A stretch of DNA of 64,000 nt from Antedon mediterranea (lineage: Eukaryota > Animalia > Echinodermata), in assembly GCF_964355755.1 (NCBI RefSeq), contig NC_092678.1:3426422-3490421 (forward strand). The letters are read 5' to 3'. Under the pieces are notes generated by a model, which was not told where the DNA came from, did no database searches, and saw nothing but the letters and a program-made list of their open reading frames with translations. The translations under genes and the position numbers were made by a program. Below are positions 27,160 to 40,600 of this stretch, in pieces (positions within the stretch are counted from its first letter, which is position 1; each line of letters starts with the position of its first letter).

Positions 27160-30100
27160 ATGAACCGAGTCGCAGTCGTTATCTTGGCTGTGGCAGTGAT
27201 TGCCACACTCATCGAAGCAAGACCAAATCTTGCTAACAAGTTAAAGGTGAGTTATCCTTCTATTTTTACCGTTAGTGGGAATATCTTTTCTGTCTTTTTT
27301 ATTTGTTTGTTTGTATTATGCATTACATCGTGATGTAAATCTAAACATTGATAATGTTACTCTATCATCTAAACAAATATCCTTTTCTCGCTAGCTACCT
27401 GCTGATTGTTAAAAGCGCTTTATTGATATGACTACATCAATAACATACTCGCATTTCTAGTGTATTGTATTAAATCATCAAAGTAATATTGATACTAAAC
27501 ATACAAAGTAAAATACGTGATTTCCGGATTTTGAAAAAACTAACGGGAAGCTTCGATTATATTCCGTACTATAATAGTTTGGTTCATCGAGTGCACTCTG
27601 TAGAATTTGTGTTTTGTGTTTAATATACACCGAGTGTAACCGATGGAGGAACTCTCACGCAAAGAAACATTACAAACTAGGAAGGTATAATGAGGCATTC
27701 TATATACAGGTGTAAACTGTCATGCCACTCAAAGAAAACCCAAATTTGTGACTGCTTTTCTTTCGGGAGGGTATACTGTATTTACAAAAAGATTTTATAA
27801 AATAAAGCAAACTATTTATGCTTATATTTTTTGTTTTCAGAGTAAACGTGGAAAGAAATTACTAGAAAGTAAGTTTTAACCAAAATGGCACCATTATCTT
27901 AAAATTAATGTTCATTAAACAACCTATTAATATTTAAATAAATCACAAGACTCTCTAATGGTAAAAATGTAACATCTGTATTTAGAAAGAAAATGTATAC
28001 TTGTCTCATTTTGAGGCATTAGGTTCTGTCTCATGACATAAATCAAGATTTACCAATGCCCTGTTGACTGTAAAACAAACAACTTAACAATTTCTACGAT
28101 GAAATTAATTGATAAAACATTTTTAAATAAAAGGTTTATAAAAGATTCCAATACAAATACAACAAATAATGATGAAAAATATTATTTTAATAAGCTACCT
28201 TCTTGGAAATATTTTGGAGGCCACTAGAAATAAAATCACTAAATTATGTAACAACTATAGTAAAAATCTAAACATTTACATATTATTAAAAAAGGAATTG
28301 ACAATTTTTTTCTCAGTAATAAAGACCCCATTTTCTTTGATCTTAAATCCAATGATGTCTATCTATTAAATTCTGAGAACTGTGACGCCTCTAACGTCGA
28401 GGAAACTTCGCGACATCTAAAGATAAGAATCCATAAGAGTAGGGATTAAAATACACATATAGTACAAAGATATTAATTAGTAATAATAGAGAATTGTCTA
28501 GATCACAAAATACTTACCTGTATAAAAATGTAAGACCGTATTTCATTGCAGTGATGATGTTATTCGGCGTAACAACGAAACATTTTTGCTAACATTTTGT
28601 CATAACTCAAGTTTTCTTTTAATGTTGCTATGCTTTCGAAAGTTCGGAAACATTATTTTACATTACTTTAAACACTTCGGTGTCAATCAAAGACTTACAA
28701 ATGTTGGAAAAGCTCTTGAAAATCAAGTAAAAGCAGCTGATGTAAAATACATTCAAATAAATATTGTTATTGTTTTTTTTATAGTTTCTCAGAGAAAGAA
28801 AGAATGTAAGTATACAAAAATAGTTACCTTCAATTCAGTTTGCATTGAAGAATGCACCAATAATGATTTTCAAAAGCAGCATAAAACTGAATTAGTTAAA
28901 GACATATACAATCTTGTTATATTATTAATTGTTAATATTTTTTAATTTGTTATAATAATAATTATTAATTTCGCTAAACTAAACAATGAATTTTCTTCAC
29001 GTTTCTTGAATGCTGAACTATAAATTATTCTGATACTTAATGATTTGATTATTTTTTTTAAAACTTAAAGTAGCCGAGAAAAAAGATGTTTGTAAGTATA
29101 TCTTCTTTTTATTTATTGTTCTTATACAATCCGCAAAAATCAGAATAATAAACAATAATAAGCTTTATTTATTCATGGACACTTAACTCAACTAAAAGTT
29201 GTTTTTCAGTATGTAATAGAATGGTATACATCAACTTTTTGCGCTCGTATTTTAACGTACGTGCATGTTGCGTTTGCGTGGATTTTTAAAATTTAAATGT
29301 CTGTGAAATTTTATTTATCACAAAGGTCATCTATAATTCATGACGAAATTAATTTTAGCTTGAAAGTAAAGTTATTTGTGATTATTTTTATTTTGATTCT
29401 TTTAAGAATGTTTCCAACCTAGGCCTAGTTGTTTAGTATTTTTGAAGTTTATAATTTAAAAAAAAAAAATGTATGTGACATTTAAAGGATGATAAGGCTA
29501 ATTTAAAATAAAACGTGCTTTTTATGGTGTTAAATATAGGCTAAACATTGATTGTTTGGTGTCGTTTGTTAACACACTTTTATAGTGAATAAAAGAATAA
29601 ATAATATTATCAAAGAACTTATGATATTATCTACTTGCATGGGCAAGTGATCTGTTATTGTATTGTCAAATTCTATCTTAGCATTGGATCTACTGTATTA
29701 TACTGATTATTTTTACTGGAAGTTTTTTTAGACGGCCCTTGACAAATGTTCGAATTTCCACGCCACAAGCCGTGAAACCCCCAGGACTTATGACACAAAT
29801 TATGATAACATGTTTTGATTATGAAATTTAAAATTAAATTTGATTATGATTATTTTCACAGGGAGCGATGACGACTTCGATCTTGGTAAGTCTTTAACAC
29901 ATTTCCACAATGTTTATTTAAATCTATATGAAGTAGGGTAAAAGAATGCACAATAATAAAGTTACTTTAAAATAAAAACGTGTTTTATATTATTTCCAAA
30001 GATGACAAAAAATAAGTTTATTAACTCAAATTTCATAGTGATAATTAATTATAATAATTAACCTGCAAGTGATGCTACCGTATTGTTGAATAGATGAAAA

Positions 30101-33100
30101 TTATAAATATTGTGGAATGATGAATTTTATTAAAGGTAAACGTTCTTCCTAGATGGCGTATGGTATAACAATCACAAACAATTTCATGATAAATAAATTA
30201 GGCATAAACATTAAAAAAATATATTGTTAATAATAACTTACTTCGTATACCATATCCATAGAGTTATTTCTTTATCATCAAACTCATTCCAAAATTTTGG
30301 GATATTGTTGGATAGTGACATTTAAAGGATGATAAGGCTAATTTAAAATAAAACGTGCTTTTTATGGTGTTAAATATAGGCTAAACATTGATTGTTTGGT
30401 GTCGTTTGTTAACACACTTTTATAGTGAATAAAAGAATAAATAATATTATCAAAGAACTTATGATATTATCTACTTGCATGGGCAAGTGATCTGTTATTG
30501 TATTGTCAAATTCTATCTTAGCATTGGATCTACTGTATTATACTGATTATTTTTACTGGAAGTTTTTTTAGACGGCCCTTGACAAATGTTCGAATTTCCA
30601 CGCCACAAGCCGTGAAACCCCCAGGACTTATGACACAAATTATGATAACATGTTTTGATTATGAAATTTAAAATTAAATTTGATTATGATTATTTTCACA
30701 GGGAGCAATGAAGACTTCGATCTTGGTAAGTCTTTAACACATTTCCACAATGTTTATTTAAATCTATATGAAGTAGGGTAAAAGAATGCACAATAATAAA
30801 GTTACTTTAAAATAAAAACGTGTTTTATATTATTTCCAAAGATGACAAAAAATAAGTTTATTAACTCAAATTTCATAGTGATAATTAATTATAATAATTA
30901 ACCTGCAAGTGATGCTACCGTATTGTTGAATAGATGAAAATTATAAATATTGTGGAATGATGAATTTTATTAAAGGTAAACGTTCTTCCTAGATGGCGTA
31001 TGGTATAACAATCACAAACAATTTCATGATAAATAAATTAGGCATAAACATTAAAAAAATATATTGTTAATAATAACTTACTTCGTATACCATATCCATA
31101 GAGTTATTTCTTTATCATCAAACTCATTCCAAAATTTTGGGATATTGTTGGATAGTGACATTTAAAGGATGATAAGGCTAATTTAAAATAAAACGTGCTT
31201 TTTATGGTGTTAAATATAGGCTAAACATTGATTGTTTGGTGTCGTTTGTTAACACACTTTTATAGTGAATAAAAGAATAAATAATATTATCAAAGAACTT
31301 ATGATATTATCTACTTGCATGGGCAAGTGATCTGTTATTGTATTGTCAAATTCTATCTTAGCATTGGATCTACTGTATTATACTGATTATTTTTACTGGA
31401 AGTTTTTTTAGACGGCCCTTGACAAATGTTCGAATTTCCACGCCACAAGCCGTGAAACCCCCAGGACTTATGACACAAATTATGATAACATGTTTTGATT
31501 ATGAAATTTAAAATTAAATTTGATTATGATTATTTTCACAGGGAGCGATGACGACTTCGATCTTGGTAAGTCTTTAACACATTTCCACAATGTTTATTTA
31601 AATCTATATGAAGTAGGGTAAAAGAATGCACAATAATAAAGTTACTTTAAAATAAAAACGTGTTTTATATTATTTCCAAAGATGACAAAAAATAAGTTTA
31701 TTAACTCAAATTTCATAGTGATAATTAATTATAATAATTAACCTGCAAGTGATGCTACCGTATTGTTGAATAGATGAAAATTATAAATATTGTGGAATGA
31801 TGAATTTTATTAAAGGTAAACGTTCTTCCTAGATGGCGTATGGTATAACAATCACAAACAATTTCATGATAAATAAATTAGGCATAAACATTAAAAAAAT
31901 ATATTGTTAATAATAACTTACTTCGTATACCATATCCATAGAGTTATTTCTTTATCATCAAACTCATTCCAAAATTTTGGGATATTGTTGGATAACGTTT
32001 TTAAATTTAAACTTTTCAATATTTTCTGGTATTATGCGGTAATTAATATTTAATTGTGTTATCGACAAAACAACATTTTTTCTATGCTTATACCTTTTAA
32101 ATAAAAAATCCAATACTGTTCAATCGAATTAAAAGATGGGCCATATATAACGATTATACAATAATTATAAAACGTAATGATATAAGTTAATTTGAATTGT
32201 TTATGATTATTTTCACAGGATCGTTGTCCGATATTCCCGGTAAGTCAGATTTTTATTGTATCTAAATTAGGTCTATCTATACAACCACAACAGCGACATT
32301 TAGCAAAGTTTATGTCAAATAACTGCCAGACACATTCTTTGTAAAATGATCGGGTTAACGATACATTCACCCACGGAAATGGAAGAAACTATGATTACTT
32401 TCACATATTTTCCGTCACATATGTCATAACGTAGCTTAAGCAAAAAAACAAAAAAAATGTTAGTGTACCATTTTTATGCATATTAGGATATACTGATAAT
32501 AAAATTATTTATTTAGGTTCTTTCAAAGATGTTTAAACTGTCAATAACTTACTAAGATTAGTTGTATGTACTTAATTGTGTTAAACTACTGTGGAGTAAC
32601 TATGCGTCAGGGAGTTAATTTGTAAATACATTGAGAACAAGTTGTTCTTCGGTTGGACGCAAACCCACGACCTCCAGTGTTCTCAATGTACTTAGTATGT
32701 ATTTCAATGTTTATTGAGAGACCTCTAATAAATTTATCAGCATCTTTCAATTTGTTTAATAATAATAATATCATGGATTTATATAGCGATATATATATAA
32801 ACCAAATCGAAGTAAGGGGATACGCATTCGTCGCTAACCAGGGATCGGTCTAATTGAACTCCGGTTTAAAGGACCTAGATCTAAATTAGAATAACGATCG
32901 TTTTGAGGCAAATCAGTAAAGTAACAGTAAAACTGTACATGGAGTTAATTTTTATTAATTATTTAAATAAAGACTACTGTTGCACACATAATTGTAGCAC
33001 GCAGACGGCTATGTTTGTTGTAATATTCAATTGACTTTTCAGTGACGTGCATCCATTACATTATAATCGTGTTATGTTGTTCAATACGACCATTACTTAT

Positions 33101-33803
33101 TATCATTTTCTCTCTATGTTATTATGTTATGTAATACATCTATCGAATCAAAATTTGTTAAACCATTGAGAAAAACTATTTGTTTTTTCTCCATGGTAAA
33201 CGCAACGTGAACTTATGGACAAGATGAGTTTGCATATTGTTTACAGTGACAATAAATCCATATACTTGAAAAGCATCAATAGATTTTTAAAAGATAGCAA
33301 AACTGATTAGTTTGAGACATGCGTATACAATCTTTCGTTATAGGCAGCATATATTGCTAATTTTATTTTTGTTTGATTAATCACTGTTAATTTATATATA
33401 TACATTATCTTCACGTTTTAAAAGCTGAAATTTACATTATATTTTTACGTAATAAAAGTCATTAATATAATAATCTGATAAAATTGGTTTATGATTTTAC
33501 AGAAAATGCTTTGAGGCAGTCGCGAAGTCAGCCATTGTATTTAAAAAAAAAATTTTTGTGCCACTGTCGCCAATAATTAACAACGTTCGATTAAGTATAT
33601 AATTTTCCATTACTTATGAAACCGCCGGCGTGTGAATGTAGATTTTACTATTTATTTAAAAAATAACTACTGTTTGTTTGTTCGTTAGAAAATTCCCATT
33701 TATAAAATAGCAACTGTTAAACCACCATGTGATAAAGTTAATTAAAATAAGAAATTTCAGGGCCGTGGATGAACGTAATGTAGGCAAAAAATGAAATGTA
33801 TCC

Positions 33804-33835
<32 letters not shown>

Positions 33836-34544
33836 GTATTAGTGTTATTATTATTATTATTATTATTGAGGGGCACATTCATTGAAATAAGAAAATGAAT
33901 TGAAAGTGTTAAAAGTTAATTTGTAATAAATGTTTTTTATATTACTTTCACAGGTAAGTATTTCAGTATGTCCATACTGTAGTGTAAGCAACATGAAATG
34001 AAATGTAACTATCTCTTATGCCTATTATAGATTTTTAAAAAGTTTTAAAATGTCGTGTAGCCTATTAATATTATTAATATTATTAAGGGACCTATTCATT
34101 GAAATAAAAAATTATTGAAAGTCATAAAAGTTAATTTGTAATAAATGTTGTTTATATTACTTTCACAGGTGAGCAGTCGTACTCGTGTAAGTATTCCACG
34201 CATTTCCATACTGTAGTTTAAGCAATACGAAATGATATGTTACTATCGCTTATGCCTATTATAGATAAAAAAAAGAAGTTTGAAACGCAATGAAATGTTG
34301 GGTATCCTATTATTATTATTATTATTATTATTATTCTGGGGCCTATTCATTGAAATAAAAAATGAATTGAAAGTGATAAAAGTTAATTAACTATACCAAC
34401 TGAACAGCTAGGCTCCTCTTATATTATTTAATTGATTAATTCCTGTCACCCATTGATGTTTCTTCGTTTCGTATTGTTTATTTGACCAGCATATTTTAAT
34501 AGATCATTTCATTGAAAATGAATATGACACATAATACTCATAGC

Positions 34545-34611
<67 letters not shown>

Positions 34612-37600
34612 CGAGGGGCCTAACAATTATGGATGAATCTTCGAACTGTGATTGTGATTGGTGAATTCACTTACACGCATGCTAAAGCTTTAAAGTTTTA
34701 CCGAAAAATTACACAATAATTTATAATAATCAGAAAATCAAATAATCGTCCAATCAAATTACAGATTAGTCATGCGTCATAATAAATAGATACAATTGTT
34801 TTCATGTTGTATATTGATCTGTCAACTGATGAGTAAACAATAATGAAATATCATTAGATCGTTAATAATACGACTTGGGGCAAGCTTAACGCAAATGAGC
34901 CAGTTGAACCCCTCATGTTAAATAAAAACATAAAAAAGGAAAACAAAAGTAATTAATAAAATAAATTTAAAAAATGTAATTTCTGACTTTGTACTATTCC
35001 ATCATTTGTTCTTGAAAATGGATCCATTTTTTTATTATATTGTAGGCCTAAATGTTTTGTATTATTATATCTATGAAATCAAAATCTGATAAAATTGGTT
35101 TATGATTTTACAAAAAATACTTTGAGGCAGTCGTGAAAACATTTTTGTGGCACTTTCGCGAATAATTACAACAAATGAGTTTCTATTACTTATCAAACCG
35201 GCGCCATGTGAATGCATTTTGCTATTTATTTAAAAAATATTAAATTTATTAATATATGTAATACTATTTTTGGTTCGTTAGAAAATTCCCCTTTGTTTTA
35301 AAATTTTTATTATCGTTTTGATAATGATTTACCTTCAATAATTCAGGTTGCATATTGTTTACAGTGAAAGTAAATCCAGATACTTGAAAAGCATCAATAT
35401 GATTTTGAAAAGCTAGCAAAACTGATTTGTCTTGGACATGCGTATATAATCTTTCATTAGAGCGGCATAAAGCCTACTGCTAATTTTATTTTTATTTAAT
35501 TAATAATTTTAATTACCAGTTTCACTGTTAAAAAACATTTATATACATTGTCTTCACGTTTTTGAAAGCTGAAATTGACGGTACATTATATTTTTACGTA
35601 ATAAAAAAGAGTCATTAATATATATTTTTTACATACAGTAGCCGAGGACAAGAAGACCTGTAAGTATAGTCTATTTTATTGTGGCTTTATATGAACATTA
35701 AAACTTTGTTTGAATGTAAAATTTTTGTAGGCCTAACATTTTTAACTAAATTTTGAACTAAATATATATAATTTAACTTTCACATGGTCGTCATCCTGTT
35801 CTTAGTATTTTAAGTCATGTTTTAAGGGTCTTTCATACCTATTTCGGCACAGTTCCGGTAAGTATTTCACGCATGTCCATACTGTAATGTAAGCAATACA
35901 AATGAAATGTAACTATCTCGTATGCCTAGTAGTATAGATAAGTTTAAAAAGTAATGTCGAGTATCCTGTTATTATTAAGGGGCCTATTCATTGAAATAGT
36001 AAATGAATTGAAAGTGATAAAAGTTAATTTGTAATAAATGTTGTTTATATTCTTTTCACAGTGGGCTTGGTGTGGTTGTGTAAGTATTTCACACATTTCC
36101 ATACTGTAGAGTAAGCAATACGAAATGTAGGCTAACTATCTCTTATGCCTATTATAGATAACAAAGTTTAAGACGTAATGTCGAGTATCCTATTATTATT
36201 GAGGGGCATATTCATTGAAATAGAAAATGAATTGAAAGTGATAAAAGTTAATTTGTAATCGATTTTGTTTATATTACTTTCACAGTTGACTCGTACTTTT
36301 CGTCATGGTTGTGTAAGTATTTCACGCATTTTAATACTGTAGTGTAAGCAATATGAAATGAAATGTAACTATCTCTTAGTATAGATAAAAAAGTTTAAAA
36401 AGTAATTTCGAGTATCCTATTATTATTGAGGGGCCTATTCATTGAAATAGAAAATTAATTGAAAGTGTTAAAAGTTAATTTGTAATAAATGTTTTTTATA
36501 TTACTTTCACAGTAATACTGTAGTGTAAGCAATATGAAATGTTATTGTTACTATCTCGTATGCCTATTATAGATAAAAAAAGTTTGAAACGAAATGAAAT
36601 GTTGAGTATCCTATTATTATTATTATTATTATTGAGGGGCCTATTCATTGAAATAAAAAAATATTCAAAGTGATATGTAACTATCTCATATGCCTATTAT
36701 AGATAAAAGCGTACAATGATTTAAAATAAAATGGGGTTTATATTATTTTCATAATAATTAATTTATGGAATTCGGACTAATGAGATTATAATTAAATTAT
36801 TAACCTGTATGGGAGATTGATCCATATTGTCAAATTATAACTTAGCAATTGTTACCGATTATTTTTTACTAACGGTTCCATTTCTTACGAGGCCTTTTGA
36901 TAATTGTTTTGGCTTCTGCCACTGTAACCTATGAAATCTCCTGAATTTTCTACACAAATAAACTTGTGAAAAATATCATAACATTTTTGATAAGGAATAA
37001 TTTGAAATAAGTTGTTTTATGATTTTTTTCCACAGCGGAACAGCCTCCTGTCCGTAAGTTTTTAACACAACAAAAGTGACATTTTATCATGGTTCTAAAA
37101 TAACGTAAAATGAAAATGGGGTTTATTTTATTTTCATAGAATAATTAATTTATGAAATTCGGCCTAATGAGATATAATTAAATTATTAACAACTTGCATA
37201 GGCGATTGATCCATATTGTCAAATTATAACTTAGCAATTGTTACCGATTATTTTTTACTAACGGTTCCCTTTCTTACGGGGCCTTTTGATAATTGTTTTG
37301 GCTTCTGCCACTGTAACCTATGAAATCTCCTGAATTTTCTACACAAATAAACTTGTGAAAAATATCATAACATTTTTGATAAGGAATAATTTGAAATAAG
37401 TTGTTTTATGATTTTTTTCACAGCGGAACAGCCTCCTGTCCGTAAGTTTTTAACACAACAAAAGTGACATTTTACCATGGTTCTAAAATGAACGTACAAT
37501 GAAAATGGGGTTTACATTATTTTCATAGAATAATTAATTTATGGAATTCGGCCTAATGAGATATAATTAAATTATTAACAACCTGCATGGGCGATTGATC

Positions 37601-40600
37601 CCTATTGTCAAATTATAACTTAGCAATTGTTACCGATTATTTGTTACTAACGGTTCCCTTTCTTACGGGGCCTTTTGATACTTGTTTTGGCTTGTGCCAC
37701 TGTAACCTATGAAATCCCCTGAATTTTCTACACAAATGAACTTGTGAAAAATATCATAACATTTTAGATATGGAATAATTTGAAATAAGTTGTTTTATGA
37801 TTTTTTCCACAGCGGAACAGCCTCCTGGCGGTAAGTTTTTAACACAACAAAAGTGACATTTTACAATGCTTCTAAAATAACGTACAATGATTTAAAACAA
37901 AATAGGGTTTATATTATTTTCATAGAATAATTAATTTATGGAATTCGGCCTAATGAGATATAATTAAATTATTAACAACCTGGGCGAGTGATCCATATTG
38001 TCAAATTATAACTTAGTAATTGTTACCGATTACTTTTTACTAACGGTTCCCTTTCTTATGGGCCCTTTGATAATTGTTTTGGGTCTATCGAATAAAAACC
38101 TGTTAAACCATGGAAGACAAAAATCTTATGATTGATGAATTCACTTACGCGCAAGCTCAAGTTTTATCGAAAAATGACATAATAATTAATAACTATTATT
38201 GTTGTATTAAAAAAAAAAAGGTTTTTAAACAAAGTTATAATAATACTATATTATCATAATATTAATATTTTCTTTTTACAGTTCCGAACAAGAGGAATGA
38301 TGGAGGTAGGTTCACCGCGTTTATAAATATAAACTATTTTTCTTCCATGTTATTATGTAATACATCTATCGATTAAAAATCTGTTAAACCATTGAAGTAA
38401 AACATATTTTACTCCAGTATTTTTTACTGTCCTAGTCAAACATTAACGGAACTTATTTAAACTTCAGAAAATTAAAAAAAAGTAACAGATTAATCATTCA
38501 CGATAAATATATACTATTATTTTCATGTTGTATAATTGTTCTGTCAACTGATAATGTAAACAATAATGAAATATCATTAGTTTGTCAATACTCATGTAAT
38601 ATTTATCATAATTCATAATCAGTAAAATGATAATAATTCATTTTGAATTTTTTTTATATACGAGAAAACTTAAACTGCATAAGGCATTATGGTAAAATGA
38701 TAATAATTCATTTTGAATTTTCTTTATATACGAGAAAACTTAAACTGTATGAGGCGTATAATAATGATAATTATTACACTTTTGTTTACAGGTTTTGTTT
38801 ACGAAGGCAGCGGCGATGGTAAGTTGACGTTTTTACTGTTCTTCTGTTCATGAACCGCTTCCTAACTTATTTTCTGAAACATATTTTATCAACTGATAAA
38901 AAAATATAATAAATTACTTATAAATGTGATTTTTTAAATGTTGTGGGGAAAGCATCATTATGTTTGAATATAATTAATAATACAGGCTGAATAAATTAAA
39001 ATAAAATAAATTTGATTATATTGTAAACAAGTTATTAGAAAAATCACAGATTTATTACTTTAACTATATACAAACTTAAAACAGATTTTAAAGAAACCTT
39101 ATTATTAATAAATCCAATTACAAGATGCGCATGCGTCATATAATATATACTGTTATAATCACTTAACAATTACAAGATTGCTAATGTAAGTGTAATTCAA
39201 TATATTTTCGTAATACCATTACAGTATTAAGTTTTACTATAATAAATAATACAGGTTTAGTACTGTAATAATAATTTATTAAAAATCAAATCAATAAAAT
39301 ATAAAATAAATTGTACCTGCAATGTATGTATTATCATATCATGTTATATATCTTTTTATATACGAGAAACTTAAACTGCACGACGCATAATAATAATTAT
39401 TAAACTGTTGTTTACGAAAGCAGCAGTTGCTGTTCTTCTTTTCATTATTCCGGCTTAGTCCTGTTACTAACAGTACTAACAGTAAATTTATAATTAATAC
39501 ATTTAAAATATAACACAATTATGCTTGAACTTGAAACACAGAAATGTGTGGATACAAAATTATCTTGTAATATGTTGTATTATTACCATTACCTATTGAA
39601 TAAATCTTATTGAACTTTAGAACATTGAACCAATACCTCATACCTCATTGCTAATGTAATATAATATAAATAAAATATTTTTGTAATAGTATCATTATAT
39701 TTGACATAATTACTAGTTCAGTATAGTAATAATAATTTTTTATTGTTCTCATAAAAAAATTAAATATACCTGAAATTGATGTATTATTAATAGCATGTTA
39801 TTTTAATTATAATTCTTTCACACACTATTTTTTTTTTTACAGTTTTTGTTGATGAAGGTAAGTTTTAAAACAGAATTTATCCCCAGCTTCATGAACAGTT
39901 TTTGTTTTGAATGAGTTATACGATTGAAATAACAAACAAAATGGTATTTGGCACTGTTTATGCACTGATTCTGCTTACTGTAGGCTTATTTCACGCTTGG
40001 TCGCAATGCAAAGACGTAAGCGCGCCGCAAGTAATTAAGCGTGGTACCCACTAGCGACGCAACGCAAGGACGTAACGCAATGCAAGTGAATTGACCAATC
40101 ACAAGCGATGGCTTATTCGCTTGTCATTGCTAACTGTCTATAACTTCGCTTGTCATTGGTTAAAACGCTTGCGTTGCGTTTACGTCCTTGCATTACGTTC
40201 TAGTGGGAACCAAGCTTTAAGGGATGGATATTGTTTGCATGTGACTTTTATTTATCCATAAGAAAGAATTACCAAGTATAAAAACATCAATATGACAGAA
40301 TGAAATATGAACATAAAGGAAGGCGAGAAAAACTACATGCCTATCGAGCTCAACTTCCAAAATTAAAAAAAAAAGAAATGACATTTCTTTTAGAATATAT
40401 CAAGCAAATCATGTAAGAATTAATTAATATCAAAGTGCAGTAGTTATTGAGTATAATGCTTTATTTTTTTTAACTTTTTAGATGTTCGAGATGGTTCTGG
40501 CATGGGTAAGTTAAAAACTTTATTAATACTATAAAATGTTTATTGTAGTTTTTTTTGTCTTGTGTGAGTTCATCTCACGTTTATTTAAATTCTCATTGAT

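Noticed and set aside
28551-28585. Hammerhead-like core (gtgatga-stem-gaaa)
   Set aside because: The core deviates from CUGANGA and I could not build stems I and III; at most a Penelope-type remnant.
33780-38085. CRISPR-like repeat/spacer appearance
   Set aside because: Eukaryotic intron context, repeats of 225-388 bp and no cas genes; the variable parts are bounded by splice sites.
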